Shown: positions 1 through 13,111 of the stretch, piece by piece
How the letters are laid out: the number at the start of each line of letters is the position of its first letter
How positions within the stretch are numbered: position 1 is the first letter of the stretch
Assembly: GCF_004010195.1 (NCBI RefSeq)
Contig: NC_057736.1
Coordinates: forward strand, 45,014,326-45,078,325
DNA length: 64,000 nucleotides
DNA from: Chiloscyllium plagiosum
Lineage: Eukaryota
Direction of reading: 5' to 3'
Made by a program: the position numbers and the translations under genes
Notes under the pieces: model-generated
Seen by the model: the letters and a program-made list of their open reading frames with translations, nothing else
Database searches by the model: none
Told to the model about the DNA's origin: nothing

Positions 1-507
1 GGTGCCTTAGGTTGCTGAGAAAAATAAGGACTAAAGTTGAAGAGACCCAGTTTTTAAATCTAGGTGGTGCCAGCAGATTGGAGAATTAGAACTGTTACAT
101 TCATGTTCAAGAACGGGAAGAAATCTAGTAATTGCAAATGAATGCATGGGGCAGAGAACTTCAAGTGATAATAATCTGAGACAAAATTAATTGGTACCTT
201 AAAATGTGGTCTAGTAAAGGCACATTGGGTTGAATCTTCGTTTATGTTTTGGCTAAGTCAACTTGAAATAAATTTTTTGAATGCATTCTCACCACAAGAC
301 TCAAATAGATTTCTTGCTGTTATCTTATTGCTTCTCACTCCATGTGATTCCCTCAACCATTTCTAGCCCTATCTTATCACAAGCCAATTGGTATAACTTG
401 CACTTGTCAGATATCTGCTGAAAGTCCGGTTTTCCTTGAGTTTGTTCCATTTATAAAAACTTGTTCTCAGATGCTGCTCTGCATGATCCCTGAAATTTGC
501 CCCCTAC

Positions 508-1110
508 ATGGCAGGTAGGAAGAAATGTTTGCCCCATTTTGTAGGCAGGGACCGGGAGGTTGTCCTGGATGGTGTGGGGTAGATGTGGGTGTTTCACATT
601 CCCCAGGATCAGCAGCAGAGGCTGCAACACCAGACTCTGTCACACTAGACTCTGCCAGCCTGGTCTATGGTTGCCACCTCAGTTAAAGTAATCTCAGCCG
701 TCTGGAGAAATGTCAGGCACTGTAGGAAGAAGATGAATGTCTTTCCACTCCACCAGCATATTTCTTTCTGATACCCCTCACTCATTCTGTCTCTGCTACT
801 AAACCCACCTCTTATGTTATACTACTCTCACTATTGTCTGTAACATCCTCCCCCACACTCTCTCACCCACTCAACCCCCAACAGCACTAACCTTTGCATG
901 CCACCTGCATTGCTTATGCATTTGCACATGACACCTCCCACCTGCACCAAAGTAACTATTGTGCCACTGTCTTTCATTGTCCTAATACCTGACTCTTTCT
1001 CATTGCGGGGGTAAAATAGCTCTATTAGGAGAAAAGAGCCAAGACAGGTAATGGGCTGCCCAACATTTGGCTTCTCACCTCTTGTGTGGAGAGGATCCTG
1101 CCTGAGCAAT
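508..1110 (+). pseudogene. Harbinger-type Myb/SANT-like (NAIF1/MYPOP-like) ORF relic
   Basis: From ATG 508: MAGRKKCLPHFVGRDREVVLDGVG*...QTLPAWSMVATSVKVISAVWRNVRHCRKKMN. After a C-rich, intron-like gap: EKRAKTGNGLPNIWLLTSCVERIL (TGGG-like motif). Resembles Harbinger DNA-binding ORFs; in-frame stops present. Confidence 0.65.
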
Positions 1111-1656
1111 CTCCGTTTATGCCCCTGAACTGGAATTGGAGGCTGCCCTTGATTTTCTGCTCTGGAACCCTTTGAGTGAATGCTATCCTTGGTATGTCTG
1201 AGGCCTGCTGACAACCATGCTAAGCTTTTTGCCTTTGTGTATGTCATAAATAGCAAGGCAAGACATAACTAATATGAGCTGATATCCCTGGTTGAGGGGA
1301 AAAGCACAGAAAGGCAAGGAGTTACATCAGAACATAAGGTCTAGGAGTAGGCTGTCCAGCCCTTCGAGCCTGCACCACCATTCAATAAGATCATGGCTGA
1401 TCTTTTCGTGAACTCAGATTAATTTACCTGCGTTCTCACCATAACCCTTAATTCCTTTATTGTTAAAAAAAAAATCTACCTTAGCTATGACAATGTTTAC
1501 TGAGGTAGTGGCAAATACTTCACTGGTCAGCGAATTCCATAGATTAACAATCCTCTGGCTGAAGAAGTTCCTTCTCAACTGAGTCCTAAATTAGTTCCTT
1601 ATAATCTTGAGGCTATGACATCTTGTCCTAGCTTTACCTGCCAGTGGAAACATCCT

Positions 1657-2348
1657 TGAAACTTTATTGCTGGAACAGCACAGCAGGTCAGGCAGCATCC
1701 AGGGAACAGGAGATTCGACGTTTCGGGCACAGGCCCTTCTTCAGGAATGAGCAGAGAGTGTTCAGCAGGAGAAGATAAAAGGTAGGGAGGAGGGACTTGG
1801 AGGAGGGGAGTTGGAAATGTGATAGGTGGAAAGAGGTCAAGGTGAGGGTGATAGGTCGGAGTAGGATGGAGGCGGAGAGGTCAAGAAGAAGACTGCAAGG
1901 GTGGTTGGGTTGGTTCGTCCGGGTGGCCCAGAGGTGCTCTCTGAATCGCTCCGCAAGTAGGCGGTCTGTCTCCCCAATATAGAGGAGGCCACACCGGCTG
2001 CAGCGGATGCAGTAGATGATGTGGGTGGAGGTGCAGGTGAATCTGTGGCGGATATGGAAGTTTCCTTTGGGGCCTTGGAGAGAAGTGAGGGGGGAGGTGT
2101 GGGCGCAAGTGTTGCACCTCCTGCGGTTTCAAGGGAAGGTGCCGGGAGTGGAGGTTGGGTCGGTGGGGTGTGTGGATCTGACAAGGGAGTCGCGGAGGGA
2201 GTGGTCTCTACGGAAAGCTGATAGGGGAGGGGAGGGGAATATATCCTTGGTGCTGGGGTCTGTTTGGAGGTGGCGGAAGTGACGGCGGATGATGCGCTGT
2301 ACATGGAGATTGGTGGGGTGGTAGGTGAGGACCAGTGGGGTTCTGTCC
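1657..2348 (-). mobile_element. Penelope-like element fragment (GIY-YIG region plus hammerhead-bearing terminus)
   Basis: Minus strand encodes YIGETDRLLAERFREHLWATRTNQPNHP. Flanked by 12-bp direct repeat TGGAAACATCCT (1645-1656, 2349-2360). Confidence 0.85.
1713..1748 (-). ncRNA. Minimal type-I hammerhead ribozyme motif
   Basis: Minus strand ATTC-CTGAAGA-AGGGC-CTGT-GCCC-GAAACGTC-GAAT: stem I ATTC/GAAT, CUGANGA core, stem II, GAAA, palindromic ACGT stem III, GUC site. Confidence 0.85.
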
Positions 2349-2463
2349 TGGAAACATCCTCTCTACTTCTATCTTATTTATTCACTTCATGATTTTGCAT
2401 ATCTCTATAAGACCCCCTCCCACCCCCCCATTTTTCTGATTTCCAATGAATATAATCCCAATC

Positions 2464-2643
2464 CAGTCCAAAGATGTGCAGGTCAGGTGAATTGGCCATG
2501 CTAAATTGCCCATAGTGTGTATTAATCAGAGGGAAATGGGTCTGGTTGGGTTGCTGTTTGGAGGGTTGGTGGGGACTTGTTGGGCCGAAGGGCCTGATTC
2601 CATACTGTAGGGTAATCTAATCTAAAAAATCTAAAATCTAATC
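2464..2643 (+). mobile_element. HE1/V-SINE-like SINE, 3' half
   Basis: CAGTCCAAAGATGTGCAGGTCAGGTGAATTGGCCATGCTAAATTGCCC core and (TCTAA)n tail; matches other copies in the window. Confidence 0.85.
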
Positions 2644-5600
2644 TACTCAGTCTCTCCGCATAAGCCTTCCTCCTCAAGTTTGGAATTAACCTAGTGAACC
2701 TCCTCTGCATCCCCTCCAGTGCCAGTACATCCTTTCTCAAGTAAGTAGACCAAAACTGCACACAGTACTCCAGTGTGGCCCCACCAGCACCCTGTACAGG
2801 TGCAACACAACCTCTGCTTTTAAACTCAATCCTATTAGCAATGAAGGAAAAAATTCTATTTGCCTTCCTAATTAGTTGTTTTACCTGCTGAGCAACCTTC
2901 TGTGATTCATGTATAAGGACACCCAAGTCCTTCTACATAACAACATGCTGCAATGTTTTACCATTTACTGTTACTCCTGCCAAAATATATGACTTCACAT
3001 TTATTAACGTTGTATCCATCTGCCAGATGGACTTACTCAATGTATCTATGTTCCTCTGCAAAGTTTCACAGTCCTCTACACACTTTGCTCTGCCACTCAC
3101 CTCAGTGTCATCTGCAAATGTTGACAAATCATAGATTCTGTGAGCATCCAAGTAGGCTCAGAATGAGCAATATGGTAGTGTACAAAGAATCCAGAGATGC
3201 ATCTTTGTTCAGTCATGAGCTGGGTGTGTGTCCATGTGACCACAGATTCCTTACACAACGATTGCAATGATAGTTGCCACTGAAGCCTGAGGTATAGGTT
3301 TGAAGTGCAAATGCATCCTATTAGTGGATTGGAAATATGGAATGTGGGTTCTTAAAGTTCGGCGCATGTCAAGTGCAAATATCTGTCAGCATATGGTGTG
3401 CGTGGTTGATATCCATAGGAGTGCGCCCCGTAATGTTAGTGCCTCCTCCCAACATAGAGGCCCTTTGGAGCAAACAGTGTCCAGGCATCTTCTCTGATTT
3501 CCATAACAAGATTTCTCAGCCTTGCTTATTTGTTATTAGTAAGATAGCTGAATATTAATGAGGCAAGTTGTGCTGTTCATAAGATATTTAATGACCAGTA
3601 ATTCCTCCTTGATTGACAAGTCAACACTTACCACTTGTCCTCTTACCTTTCACTTATCGAAAAAAAACTCCTGCAATCTTCTTTTATGTTGCTAGCTATC
3701 TTACCCTCATTTTCTATCTTCTTCCTCCTTATTGCTTTTTCTGGTTGCCTTCTGCCAACTTCTAAAAGCTTCCCAATCCTCTGGCTTCCCACTAATCTTC
3801 ACCATCATTGTTTGCCTTTTGTTTTGCTTTTATGCTTCCCTGTCTTCCCTTTTCAGTCATGATTGTCTCATCTTCACCTTAGTTTATTTGTTCTTCTTCC
3901 TTGGGAAGAATTTCTGCTGTGCCTCCTGAATTACCCCTAGAAATTCCTGCTACTGCTGTCCACTGTATTCCCAGCTAGGTTCCCCTTCTAATCAACTCTG
4001 GCCAACCTCTCTCTCATTTGGAGCAGGTTGGCCAACCCCTGCTCCTATTTCTTGTGTTCTTATGTTTGTGTCTTTGTAGTTACCTGAACACCAACTATAA
4101 TACAGTTGTATCTGATTTCAGCTTCTCCTTATCAAACTGTTGCGTGAATTTGATTATATTATGGTCATTGTCCCCCATTAGATTCCTTCACCTTATCCTT
4201 CTCCTTTTTATTATTTACCATATTTTTGTGATTGAACAGTAGCTCTTCAAGGAATTGTAAACCACAACTCTAGGCCTGAGGACTGTAAAATCACATTGTA
4301 ATGGGTACAGTTAGAAGAGATGGACTCACCCCTGACTTTCTGGCCAGTGGATGAACCACTGCTTTCATGTTAAATCTTAGCCTTTGGGTACATGTACACA
4401 GATCTTTAAAGGTGGCAGACCAAGTTGAAAAGACTTCCTGGGTTTCTTTACTTTATTATAAGAGGAATGGAGTACAAAGGTAAGAAAGTTATATTAATCC
4501 CTGCATTTTTACATGATGCTTGCAGTCTGCTGAAATACCATGTTCAAATCTGAGCATCTCAGAGGAATTTGTATAATAATGTATGGGATTATGCGAGAAT
4601 TTGCAGAGGAATGACACTAATTGCATAGGTCTATCAAAGTACTGGCCCAGGTGTGATGGGTCAAGGAGCCTCCTTCTGGACTGCATCATTCTATTATTCA
4701 GTGATTTTCCCACTACTTTAGTTGAATCTGGAAAATAAAATTTTGCAAATGAGAGCAAAAAATAGATAATACATTCATTGTAATATACTGAGTAAGTACC
4801 ACCTTAGTCATAGTGAACTTAATTTTTAAATTTTCCTTTTGTGTATAGCGGCAGGATGCCGCATGCTATCCCTGTTTTTGTTATTTAAGAAAAAGAAATA
4901 AACTGACTTTGGATTTCAGTAATGTTCCAGAATTCCACCTTATGTTTGCCAAAATTGTATTCGCTTTCACTGAAGCTTAACATGAAAACTTCTTGTACTG
5001 TTCCATAAATAATACAGCCTGCAGTCTAGGCATTGATCCAACATAGTCAGCTTTTACTGCTAATGCATTCTATTGCTTAAAGGTGTGGCCACTGCATATT
5101 CATCTTCTTTCAACCAGCAGCCAAATTGGCAGCTTTCTGGTACAGTAAAGTGGAAGTAGGAAGGAATCAGAAAGAATCTGAAACTATCAGTGAGTTGAGA
5201 GACCAGTAAGACAATTCTGGCCTGGCCTGATGAACATCACCACTACCTGAATGTATTCAGTGCCTACGCCAAAACCAGAGCATGTGAGCAGTATTTAAAG
5301 GAGGTTAAACAAGAGTCTCACCCATCAGTTGTAGAGGGGACTGGAGAGTCCTTTGTTGCCACCTGTTGGGAAAGACACCAAATTAAGTGCCTCTGTCTCT
5401 TCGTGCCACCCTCCTCTTTTGATGGAAGATTGTTTCATTATTTCATTGAGAGTGCTTTGAAGGGAGAAATTGTTCCCAGCTCCGGGAGTCCACAAGCGAA
5501 CTCAGGAGGGTTTGCTTGTCAGGCTTCTGCGTGGTGAGCTCTCTGCCAGCTCCAGATGAATTACAGTCATTCTTTAAAAAGTGATATTAGACTTGAAACA

Positions 5601-7229
5601 TTAACTCAGTTTCTTTATCCACAGATGTTATCAGACCTGCTGAATTTCTCCAGCACACTGCATTTATTTTAGATTTCCACTATCCATTTTGCTGTTATTT
5701 GAGGTCTGAGATTGTCCCTTCAAGTAACTCTCAGCTACTTTTCCCCAAGCTCAGTGTGAACCTCAGGTCTGTGTTTACTTAAAATGGAGTGTTAATTCAA
5801 AATGGAAATCTCAGTCAGTGGTGTGTTAATACTACCAAAGATCTAGTTTTCTTACTTCCTCTTCCCAAGCATGTTTTTTTATTGCTCATTAATTTTTCTA
5901 CAAAAAAAAGCTCTAAAGGATGTAGCAAGAAGAAAAATGTCCTTACCAAGACAGAGTTAGTATTGAGTAATCTTTGTGTGTTGTTCAAAGCCTTAAAACT
6001 AAATTAAAATAATGGTCATTGCAACAATTGCTCAATGATTATGTCTCCTTAAATATTCTGTCTTTTTTTTTTGGAAGTTATTTTTCATTTAATATGAAGT
6101 TTTCTTTTAAATTATCTAAACAATTATTAGTGCTTGAAATGAGAGATCAAAGATGTCGTGGAGATCAGCTAGCACAAAAAAAAGTATGTCTGTAGCTATA
6201 TCTGCAGGCCCTAGCACATCTATTTAGAATCAATCAAAGGGAACTGCTGCTGTATACAGTGGATGAGCAGAGAGGTAATTGAAGAATTGTGTAGGACCAC
6301 TTGTAATTGAATTCTGGCAATGGATTAGTATGCTTGCCACCACTCAAGATCACCATTTTCTTGAATTGTGCCTCCTTTTAGATAGGTTTATCTCGAATCT
6401 TGCATTGTCAATTCACTTGCATCAGGTTAATTACTAATTAATTGTTCTGAGTGGCCATATTTATGTCAGGATAATTCTGGAGATTAGAATTTAAGTTATG
6501 TATGTTATAAATTACCATACTCCTTTAATTTTGTCTTGTATAGATTATTTTTATTTGTTCAAAACAGTGGAATATTGTGGCATTATTATCTCAGCAAGTA
6601 TTGGGCATTGTCTACTTTTTAAACAAGTTACTAATCCCTATCTTACCATAAATTCACTGGTATGGTCCAGGTTTATAAGCATAGGATACATAAAATCAGA
6701 GTTGAATGTATGGTTCCAATGTTTGCGTGAGATAAATTAGTTTTGATTCATTAGTATCAATACTGGAAAAAGTGGGAACTATTTTGTTCAGATGGTTCTC
6801 ACTTGAACCATGCTGGTACCACAGTACCAGTAAATCCAAAAGCTTGGGTTGAAGAGAGGTTTTTCGTGTGAAAGGAGATTCAGAATGTTAAAAGGAAATG
6901 GCAAGGGAGTAACAGTGGGGTAGCAATTTGAGTCATAGTGAGCAAATTATGACAGTAAGGGACAGAGCATATAATAATTAGTGACTATCAAATTGGTTCA
7001 GAGTAGGGAAAAATGGCCTTAAGCCAGCAGAGGAGATGCAGGCTTTGGCTGAAGGGAGATTTAGAAATCTGAGGATAAAAAGTCAGCAAAGTATTGTTAA
7101 AAACAAGCAGAGTGGGCAGGATGGGTCAGGTAATTTAGTAGTAATAGAGTAACCATGAGATTATTGTAGTAGAAAGAAAATTGGAATCGTCTGAATGTTC
7201 AAAGCTATGCAATATGACTTTTAAAAAAA

Positions 7230-7581
7230 AAATCCTTCATGGGATGTAGGTGTCACTGACCAGGCCAAAATTTATTGCCCATCTCTAGTTGCCCAGGGAG
7301 CAGTTAAAAGTCAACTACATCGCTGTGGACTGGGGTCACATGTAGGCCAGACCAGGTAAGGACAGCAGTTTATTTCTCTAAAAGGCATGTGTGAAGCAGA
7401 TGTTTTTTTTTCTGACAATCAGCAATGGTTTTGAGGTCTCTTAGACTTTTAATTTCCAGATTTTTGAAAAAAATGCAAATTCTACTTTTGGCCATGCAGA
7501 ATACAAACCCAGATGCCCAGAATAATATCCGGGTCTCTAAATTAATGATCCAGTGATGAAACCACTTGGCGACTGCCTCCC
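7230..7581 (-). mobile_element. Deu-SINE/SacSINE1-like tRNA-derived SINE
   Basis: Minus-strand tRNA-like head GGGAGGCAGTCGCCAAGTGG. The 3' tail (GATGGGCAATAAAT...CATCCCATGAA) is shared with LINE ends at ~11650 and ~50425. Confidence 0.6.
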
Positions 7582-8099
7582 CTACAATATGATAGAGGAT
7601 ATGGTGGTACAAATAGAGATAGACGTTTTTGATTGTATTACTGAGACGTGAGTACAAGTTGACCAAATTTGGGAAATAAATATCTTAGGGTACACAATAT
7701 TTCAAATAGATGGACCAAATGAAAAAGGAGGTCTCATTATCCTGATAACACTGTAACATAAGGAAGTTACATTCGTAAGTACAGATCTTGGATCAGAAAA
7801 TTTGGAATCAAAATTAGTATGGGTGGAGATTAGAAATAACAAAGAACAGAAAATGTGGGTAAGCATGATGCTATGACTCCAGCTAATTGTAATACTTGAC
7901 AATTAATATGTCAAAGTGAAACATAGCTTGCTAGACCATTGCAAATTGCATTTTTTTTTGCAGTTCGTCACTGGGATGGCATCGCTGCCCCTATTCAAAA
8001 TAAGCTGCCAAGTGACAATTTGACTCATTCTAATCAGGGCATTACCCTGAATAATAAAATAACCTATTTTGCTACGTTGAAATAAATGTAGCATGTATA

Positions 8100-8933
8100 C
8101 AGGGGAACCTCGATTATCCAAATATCAATTATCTGAATTTCGGATTATCCGAAGAAGATCTCAAAGTCCTGATAGAAACATTACACCAAAGACGTGTTTC
8201 CAACACTGATCGCGTCTTTTGTTTACAGTGATTAAACTCGGCTTACTGAAATGCTGCCGAGAACAGTCCTGGACATCGATGGGAGCCCAGGCACCGTCAC
8301 CAAATGACTGAACACCCGCCCTCTCTCTCCCCCCACAATTTCCCTGGAGTTCTACGCAAGAGTGTACCCTAAACCCCCCTTCCCCAGATAACATCTCCAA
8401 CATTGTCCTGTACAGGGCAAAGGTGGAACATGTCAAAACGTTGCAGTAAAAAGTTGTGTCCACGTGTGTGTCCATGACTGTTTGTAGAGACCCACCCCCA
8501 AAGGCAGCAGCAGTTTTACTGTTGGTGTCCAGTCCGGCTGCCCCAAAGAGGTGGGGGGAGGGGTGTGCGGATGGGGGCAGGGGCAGGGACGGGGTTCGGA
8601 TGGTGGGTGGAGGTGGACGGGGTTGGGGGAATGGGGTGTTGGGCTGGGTTGGGGGAAGGCGGATGGGGTTGGAGGTCGGATGGGGGTCAGTGTTGGAAGT
8701 GGTTGGAGGGTGGATGGGATTAGACAGGGTTGCGGGGTAGTTGGGGGGCAGGCGGAGGGCGGGGTTGGGGGGCTCGCATGCAGTGAACTGCTGCCTCATC
8801 TCCTGAATGGGGAGCAGACTTAACAGAAAACCCTGAGCCCCAGAGGAAAGGCATTGAATCAATTAACCAAATAGTCAATTATCCGAGCAAAATGGTGCCC
8901 ACCCATCTCGTTTTGATAATCGAGGTTCCTCTC
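8100..8933. mobile_element. Non-autonomous Tigger/pogo-type DNA transposon with G-rich core
   Basis: TA|CAGGGGAACCTCGATTATC ... GATAATCGAGGTTCCTCTC terminal inverted repeat of ~19 bp; no transposase. Confidence 0.75.
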
Positions 8934-9412
8934 ATATTCTTCCATCGGCAAATAATAAGACCATGAGTATTAATGTATGTAGTTTCTAGTATACACTAGC
9001 AAACTACACTGGCAGACATGACTATCTTGCATTTGTTGTCAATGTAATTCTTCATGCACTCAGGATTATTTAGTAAATGTTGTCCACTTGCAGGAAAGCT
9101 TTTAATATTGGATGCTGTTTTGTGAGTTTTACAAATGCTGCTATGCCTAGTACGTTGCTTGTTACGAACAGCTGAAACATTATGCTGTTTGATATAATCC
9201 GCCAGTCTTTGGGATATATGACCTACATAACTGGCATCGCATTTGCACTGAAATTCATATACATCGTTGATTTATGTAAAAGATAGAACTGATTTTGGCT
9301 AGATTTTATGAGTTCCAGACAGGACATTAATATCTAAGTGTGTTCTTTTTCTCAGTAGTACTCGTTCTGTGCTATTAAGTGACTCATTATGTAAGAACAC
9401 TGTAAGAACTCG

Positions 9413-10515
9413 AGTCATAGAGCACGGACACAGGCCCTTCAGCCCAATTCGTTCATGTTGTCCAGGTTTTGTAAACTGAACTAGACCCATTTGCCTGTGT
9501 TTGGCTCATCTCCCTCTAAAACTTTCCTATCCATGTACCTGTCTAAATGTCTTTTAAATGTTGCAATTATACACACCTCTACACTTCTTCTGGAAGTTTT
9601 CTCATAGGGGTACCACCTTCTGTGTGAAAACGTTGCCCATTAGGTCCCTTATAAATCTTTCCCCTGTCACCTTAAACCTATACCCTCCAGTTTTGGACAC
9701 CCCTACCCTGGGAAAAAGACCTTGATACTTCACCTTATCTATACCCTTCATGATTTTATAAACATCTAAAAGGTCACCCCCTCTGCCTCCTACATTCCAA
9801 GGAAAAAACGTCCCAGCCCATCCAGCCTCTCCATATAACCCAAACCCTCCAGTCTCAGTAACATCCTTTTTTTGCACCCTTTCCAGTTTAATAACATCCT
9901 TCCTATAGCAGGGTGAACAGAATTGTATATAGTACTCCAAATGTGGCCTCACCAATGTCTTGTACAGCTGTAATGTGACTTCCTAACTCCTGTACTCAAT
10001 ACTTTGAGAGATGAAGGGAAGCATGCCAAACGCAGCCTTCACCATCCTGTATACCTGTGATGCCACTTTCAAGGGACTATGTATCTGTACCCCTGTGTCT
10101 GTCTGATCAACAACACTTCCCAGGGCCCTACCATTAACTTTGCTAATCCTGTCCTGGTTTGCCTTACCAAAATGCCACACCTTTATGGTTTATTAAGGTT
10201 AGATCACATGGGATCTAGGGAGAGCTAGCAAATTGGGTACAAAGTTGACTCAATCATAGGAGACAGAGGGTGGTGGTAGAGGTTTGTTGTTCAGACTGAA
10301 GACCTGTGACCAACCGTGTGCTGCAAGAATCAGTGCTGGGTCTACTGTTATTTGTCTTTCATATAAACAATTTTGATAAGAATTTAGGAGGAATGGTTAG
10401 TAAGTTTGTGAATGGAATCTAATGTGGGAATGTAGTGGACAGTGAGCAGTACAACAGGATTGTGATTAACTGGGCCAGTGGGCGGAGGAGTAACAGATGA
10501 AGGTTAATTTCAAAA
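9413..10515 (-). mobile_element. CR1 LINE 3' part with inverted 5' segment (10185-10515)
   Basis: Minus ORFs VRPHLEYYIQFCSPCYRKDVIKLERVQK and WHFGKANQ. The plus-strand piece carries the immediately upstream RT region. Confidence 0.8.
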
Positions 10516-11312
10516 ATCAGAAATAAAGGTTCATCTCTTGTACCCTTAACGACCATCTTCCAAATACTCAAACCACAGCAAAAGGTCACCCTGTTTTCAC
10601 TTTGTATATACCTTATTAAGTTGGCTTGATACTTCCTTTCATTCTGCAAACTCTTTCATTCTCTCAATGCTATCTTTTTTAGTTAGTCTCTTCATGGGCA
10701 CTTAAATTTCAATGCCTTTTCATGCGTTCTGGAAAGTCATGCATTCAATAGCTTTGTAAGATGTTTCCCTCTCAAACACTTCTAAAACCTGTTGCTTGAG
10801 CTTTTCTGTGACTAAATTGTAACACACTCAAAACTTGTTTTCTTCTACCTTGAATAATTTTGGGACTTATAAACTGGACTGCTTATGATGCAGGCCTTTT
10901 CTCTCTGAATGACATGCTTTTCTCTGAAAAAATAAAACTTGCCCACTCACTGACTTTCTGCATTATGCTTTCTAAAAGAAAATACATTTCTCTCACTGTT
11001 TCTGTGTTCCATCTGATTGATAGGCAACAGATCAATTTTCCTTCCTGTCTTCTACTCCAAGTTTTCTAAACCATTGACCTATTCACCTCTTCTAATTTAG
11101 CAGTATGGAGATGCTGTGTTAATCTTCTGCTGAAAAGGTTTGATCATTATATACTGCTCAGTGATGTCTAGTTTGGGTTTCGCCAGGGTCACTCAGCTCC
11201 TGATCTCATTACAATCTTCGTTCAAACATGGACAAAAGAGCTGAATTCCAGAGGTGAGGTGAGAGTGACAGACCTTGACATCAAGGCCAAATTTGACTGA
11301 GCGATTCAAGTA

Positions 11313-11617
11313 GGCAGCACGGTGACTCAGTGGTTGGGGACTGTGCCAGGGACCCAGGTTCGATTCCAGCCTCAGGCGACTGTCTGTGTGGAGTTTACAT
11401 ATTCTCCCTCTGTCTGTGTGGGTTTCCCCTGGTGCTCTGGTTTCCTTCCACAGTCCAAAGATGTGCAGGTCAAGGGAATTGGCTGTGCAAAATTATCTGT
11501 AGTGTTAGGTGCATTAGTCAGAGGGAAATAGGTCTGGGTGGGTTACTCTTCGGAGGGTCGGTGTAGACTTGTTGGGCCAAAGGGCTGGTTCCACACTGCA
11601 GGGACTCTAATCTAATC
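11313..11617 (+). mobile_element. HE1/V-SINE-like SINE
   Basis: tRNA-like A/B boxes (GGTGACTCAGTGG, GGTTCGATTCC), conserved core, TCTAA tail. Confidence 0.9.
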
Positions 11618-13111
11618 GAATTATCACCACCGTCTGAAGAACAATTAGGGATGGGCTATCAATGCTGGTCAGCCAGCAATGCCCAAATCCCAGAAATGAA
11701 TAAAAATTTTAAAAAAAACTGTTGTGCTGCTGTCTTGTCCTTGTTATTAAATAAATGCATATTATATTAATTAGGACTTGCAGAAAATGACATTATAAAT
11801 CATGAAAATGTAAAAGAAGGGACAGATATTTTGAAGAATTTCTGCAGTGTTTTGATGAAAACAAACAAAACTGATTTAACAGAAGAGATCAGCATCCAGG
11901 GGTAGTTGATTTCACGTAGGATTGTTGTAGCTTAGTAGAAAACCATGACTAAGCAAATATACAAATTCAAAGTGGGTTACTTAGCCCTTGCCTTTTTATT
12001 CAATAATAATCTGATTATTCCATATTCCTTATTTAATGTTTAAATATTAAATATTTTAAAATATTTAAATACAGCAAACCTTTTATTATCTAGCACCTAT
12101 GTTGGTTGATCAAGAAATCCACATAATCAATGTAAAAACACACACTAAACAATAGAAACATAATGCAGGGGGTAAATACATCACTGTTAGATTGTATTTA
12201 CAACGTAAATCGTTTAAATACTAATACCACTTTCCCTGAAATAAAACATTTTGGCAATGAATCTTCTCATCAGTACCCTCAACTGACTACTCGGACAACA
12301 CAGAGGTCGTGATAATACTGTAAAGCTCTGGTATTTGAAGTATATAATTTTTGCCGGTTCATAGAGTGTTGGTTAAAACGAAGTTTGATGTAATTTGCTT
12401 CCATTGCTTTTTCAGGAGCAAAGTCATAGACTCACGACCTACTGAGCAAAAATAAATTATAAAGGGCTTTATGGGATAGTTACTGAAAGGTTCTTTCCCC
12501 TGACTGGGGACTCTAGAAAAATTGTGCAGTCCCAGAGAAAGTGGTTGCTCATTTCGGACTGAGGAAAACTGTGTGTCACTCACAGAGTTGTGAACCTTTG
12601 GAGTTCTAGGTCAGAGGATCATGGATGGTTCATCACTGGATATGGTTAATGCTGAAATTGGTAATTTTTTTGTTTCTTGGGGAAATAAAGAGTTATAGAG
12701 CAAGCATGAAACTAGAGTAGAAGCCCAAGATCAGCCAATATTGTAATAAGTAAAGAAGGAAGTTCAACAGATTTTTTTAATAACATGGTGGTGTTTAGAG
12801 TGCACAGCCAAAGTGCAGAATCACTATGTCATCCATGCAGCTAGTCTGAAGCTGGTTTGTGTTATTAATTAACTGCATAATGTGTGTTGAACAGGTTTGC
12901 TGCATTGGGATTAGTTGGTATTTCTGTAGCACAACATTACTGAATGTTTTTAGCCTCTGTATGTATGCTTTTCAGCTGGGCTGGCATGATCTGCTAAGTT
13001 GTTGAATTGTGTTAAACTTGCATGACTGGTTTCTAACTGAACTTTAAAAGAATGCAGTATTCTGTGGATTTATTTGGCATGCTTTGGAGCAGATGTTACA
13101 AAAGGAACTTA

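Larger units (their letters stand above)
1330..4200 (-). mobile_element. Fragmented CR1-clade LINE, interrupted by Penelope, SINE and an unassigned insert
   Basis: Minus-strand RT pieces FADDTEVSG and LEYCVQFWSTYLRKDVLALEGMQRRFTRLIP; CR1-like 3' UTR near 1330. Confidence 0.75.

Noticed and set aside
1837-2304. 155-aa Pro/Ser/Thr-rich ORF
   Set aside because: Alternative frame of the C-rich Penelope strand; the meaningful frame is the GIY-YIG one.
5330-5570. Moderately GC-rich unique stretch as a possible host exon
   Set aside because: The minus-strand frames I translated contain stops, and I saw no recognisable protein or convincing splice pair.
8161-8862. 233-aa Pro-rich ORF and overlapping Gly-rich ORFs
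   Set aside because: Produced by low-complexity G/C tracts inside a TIR element; no domain motifs.
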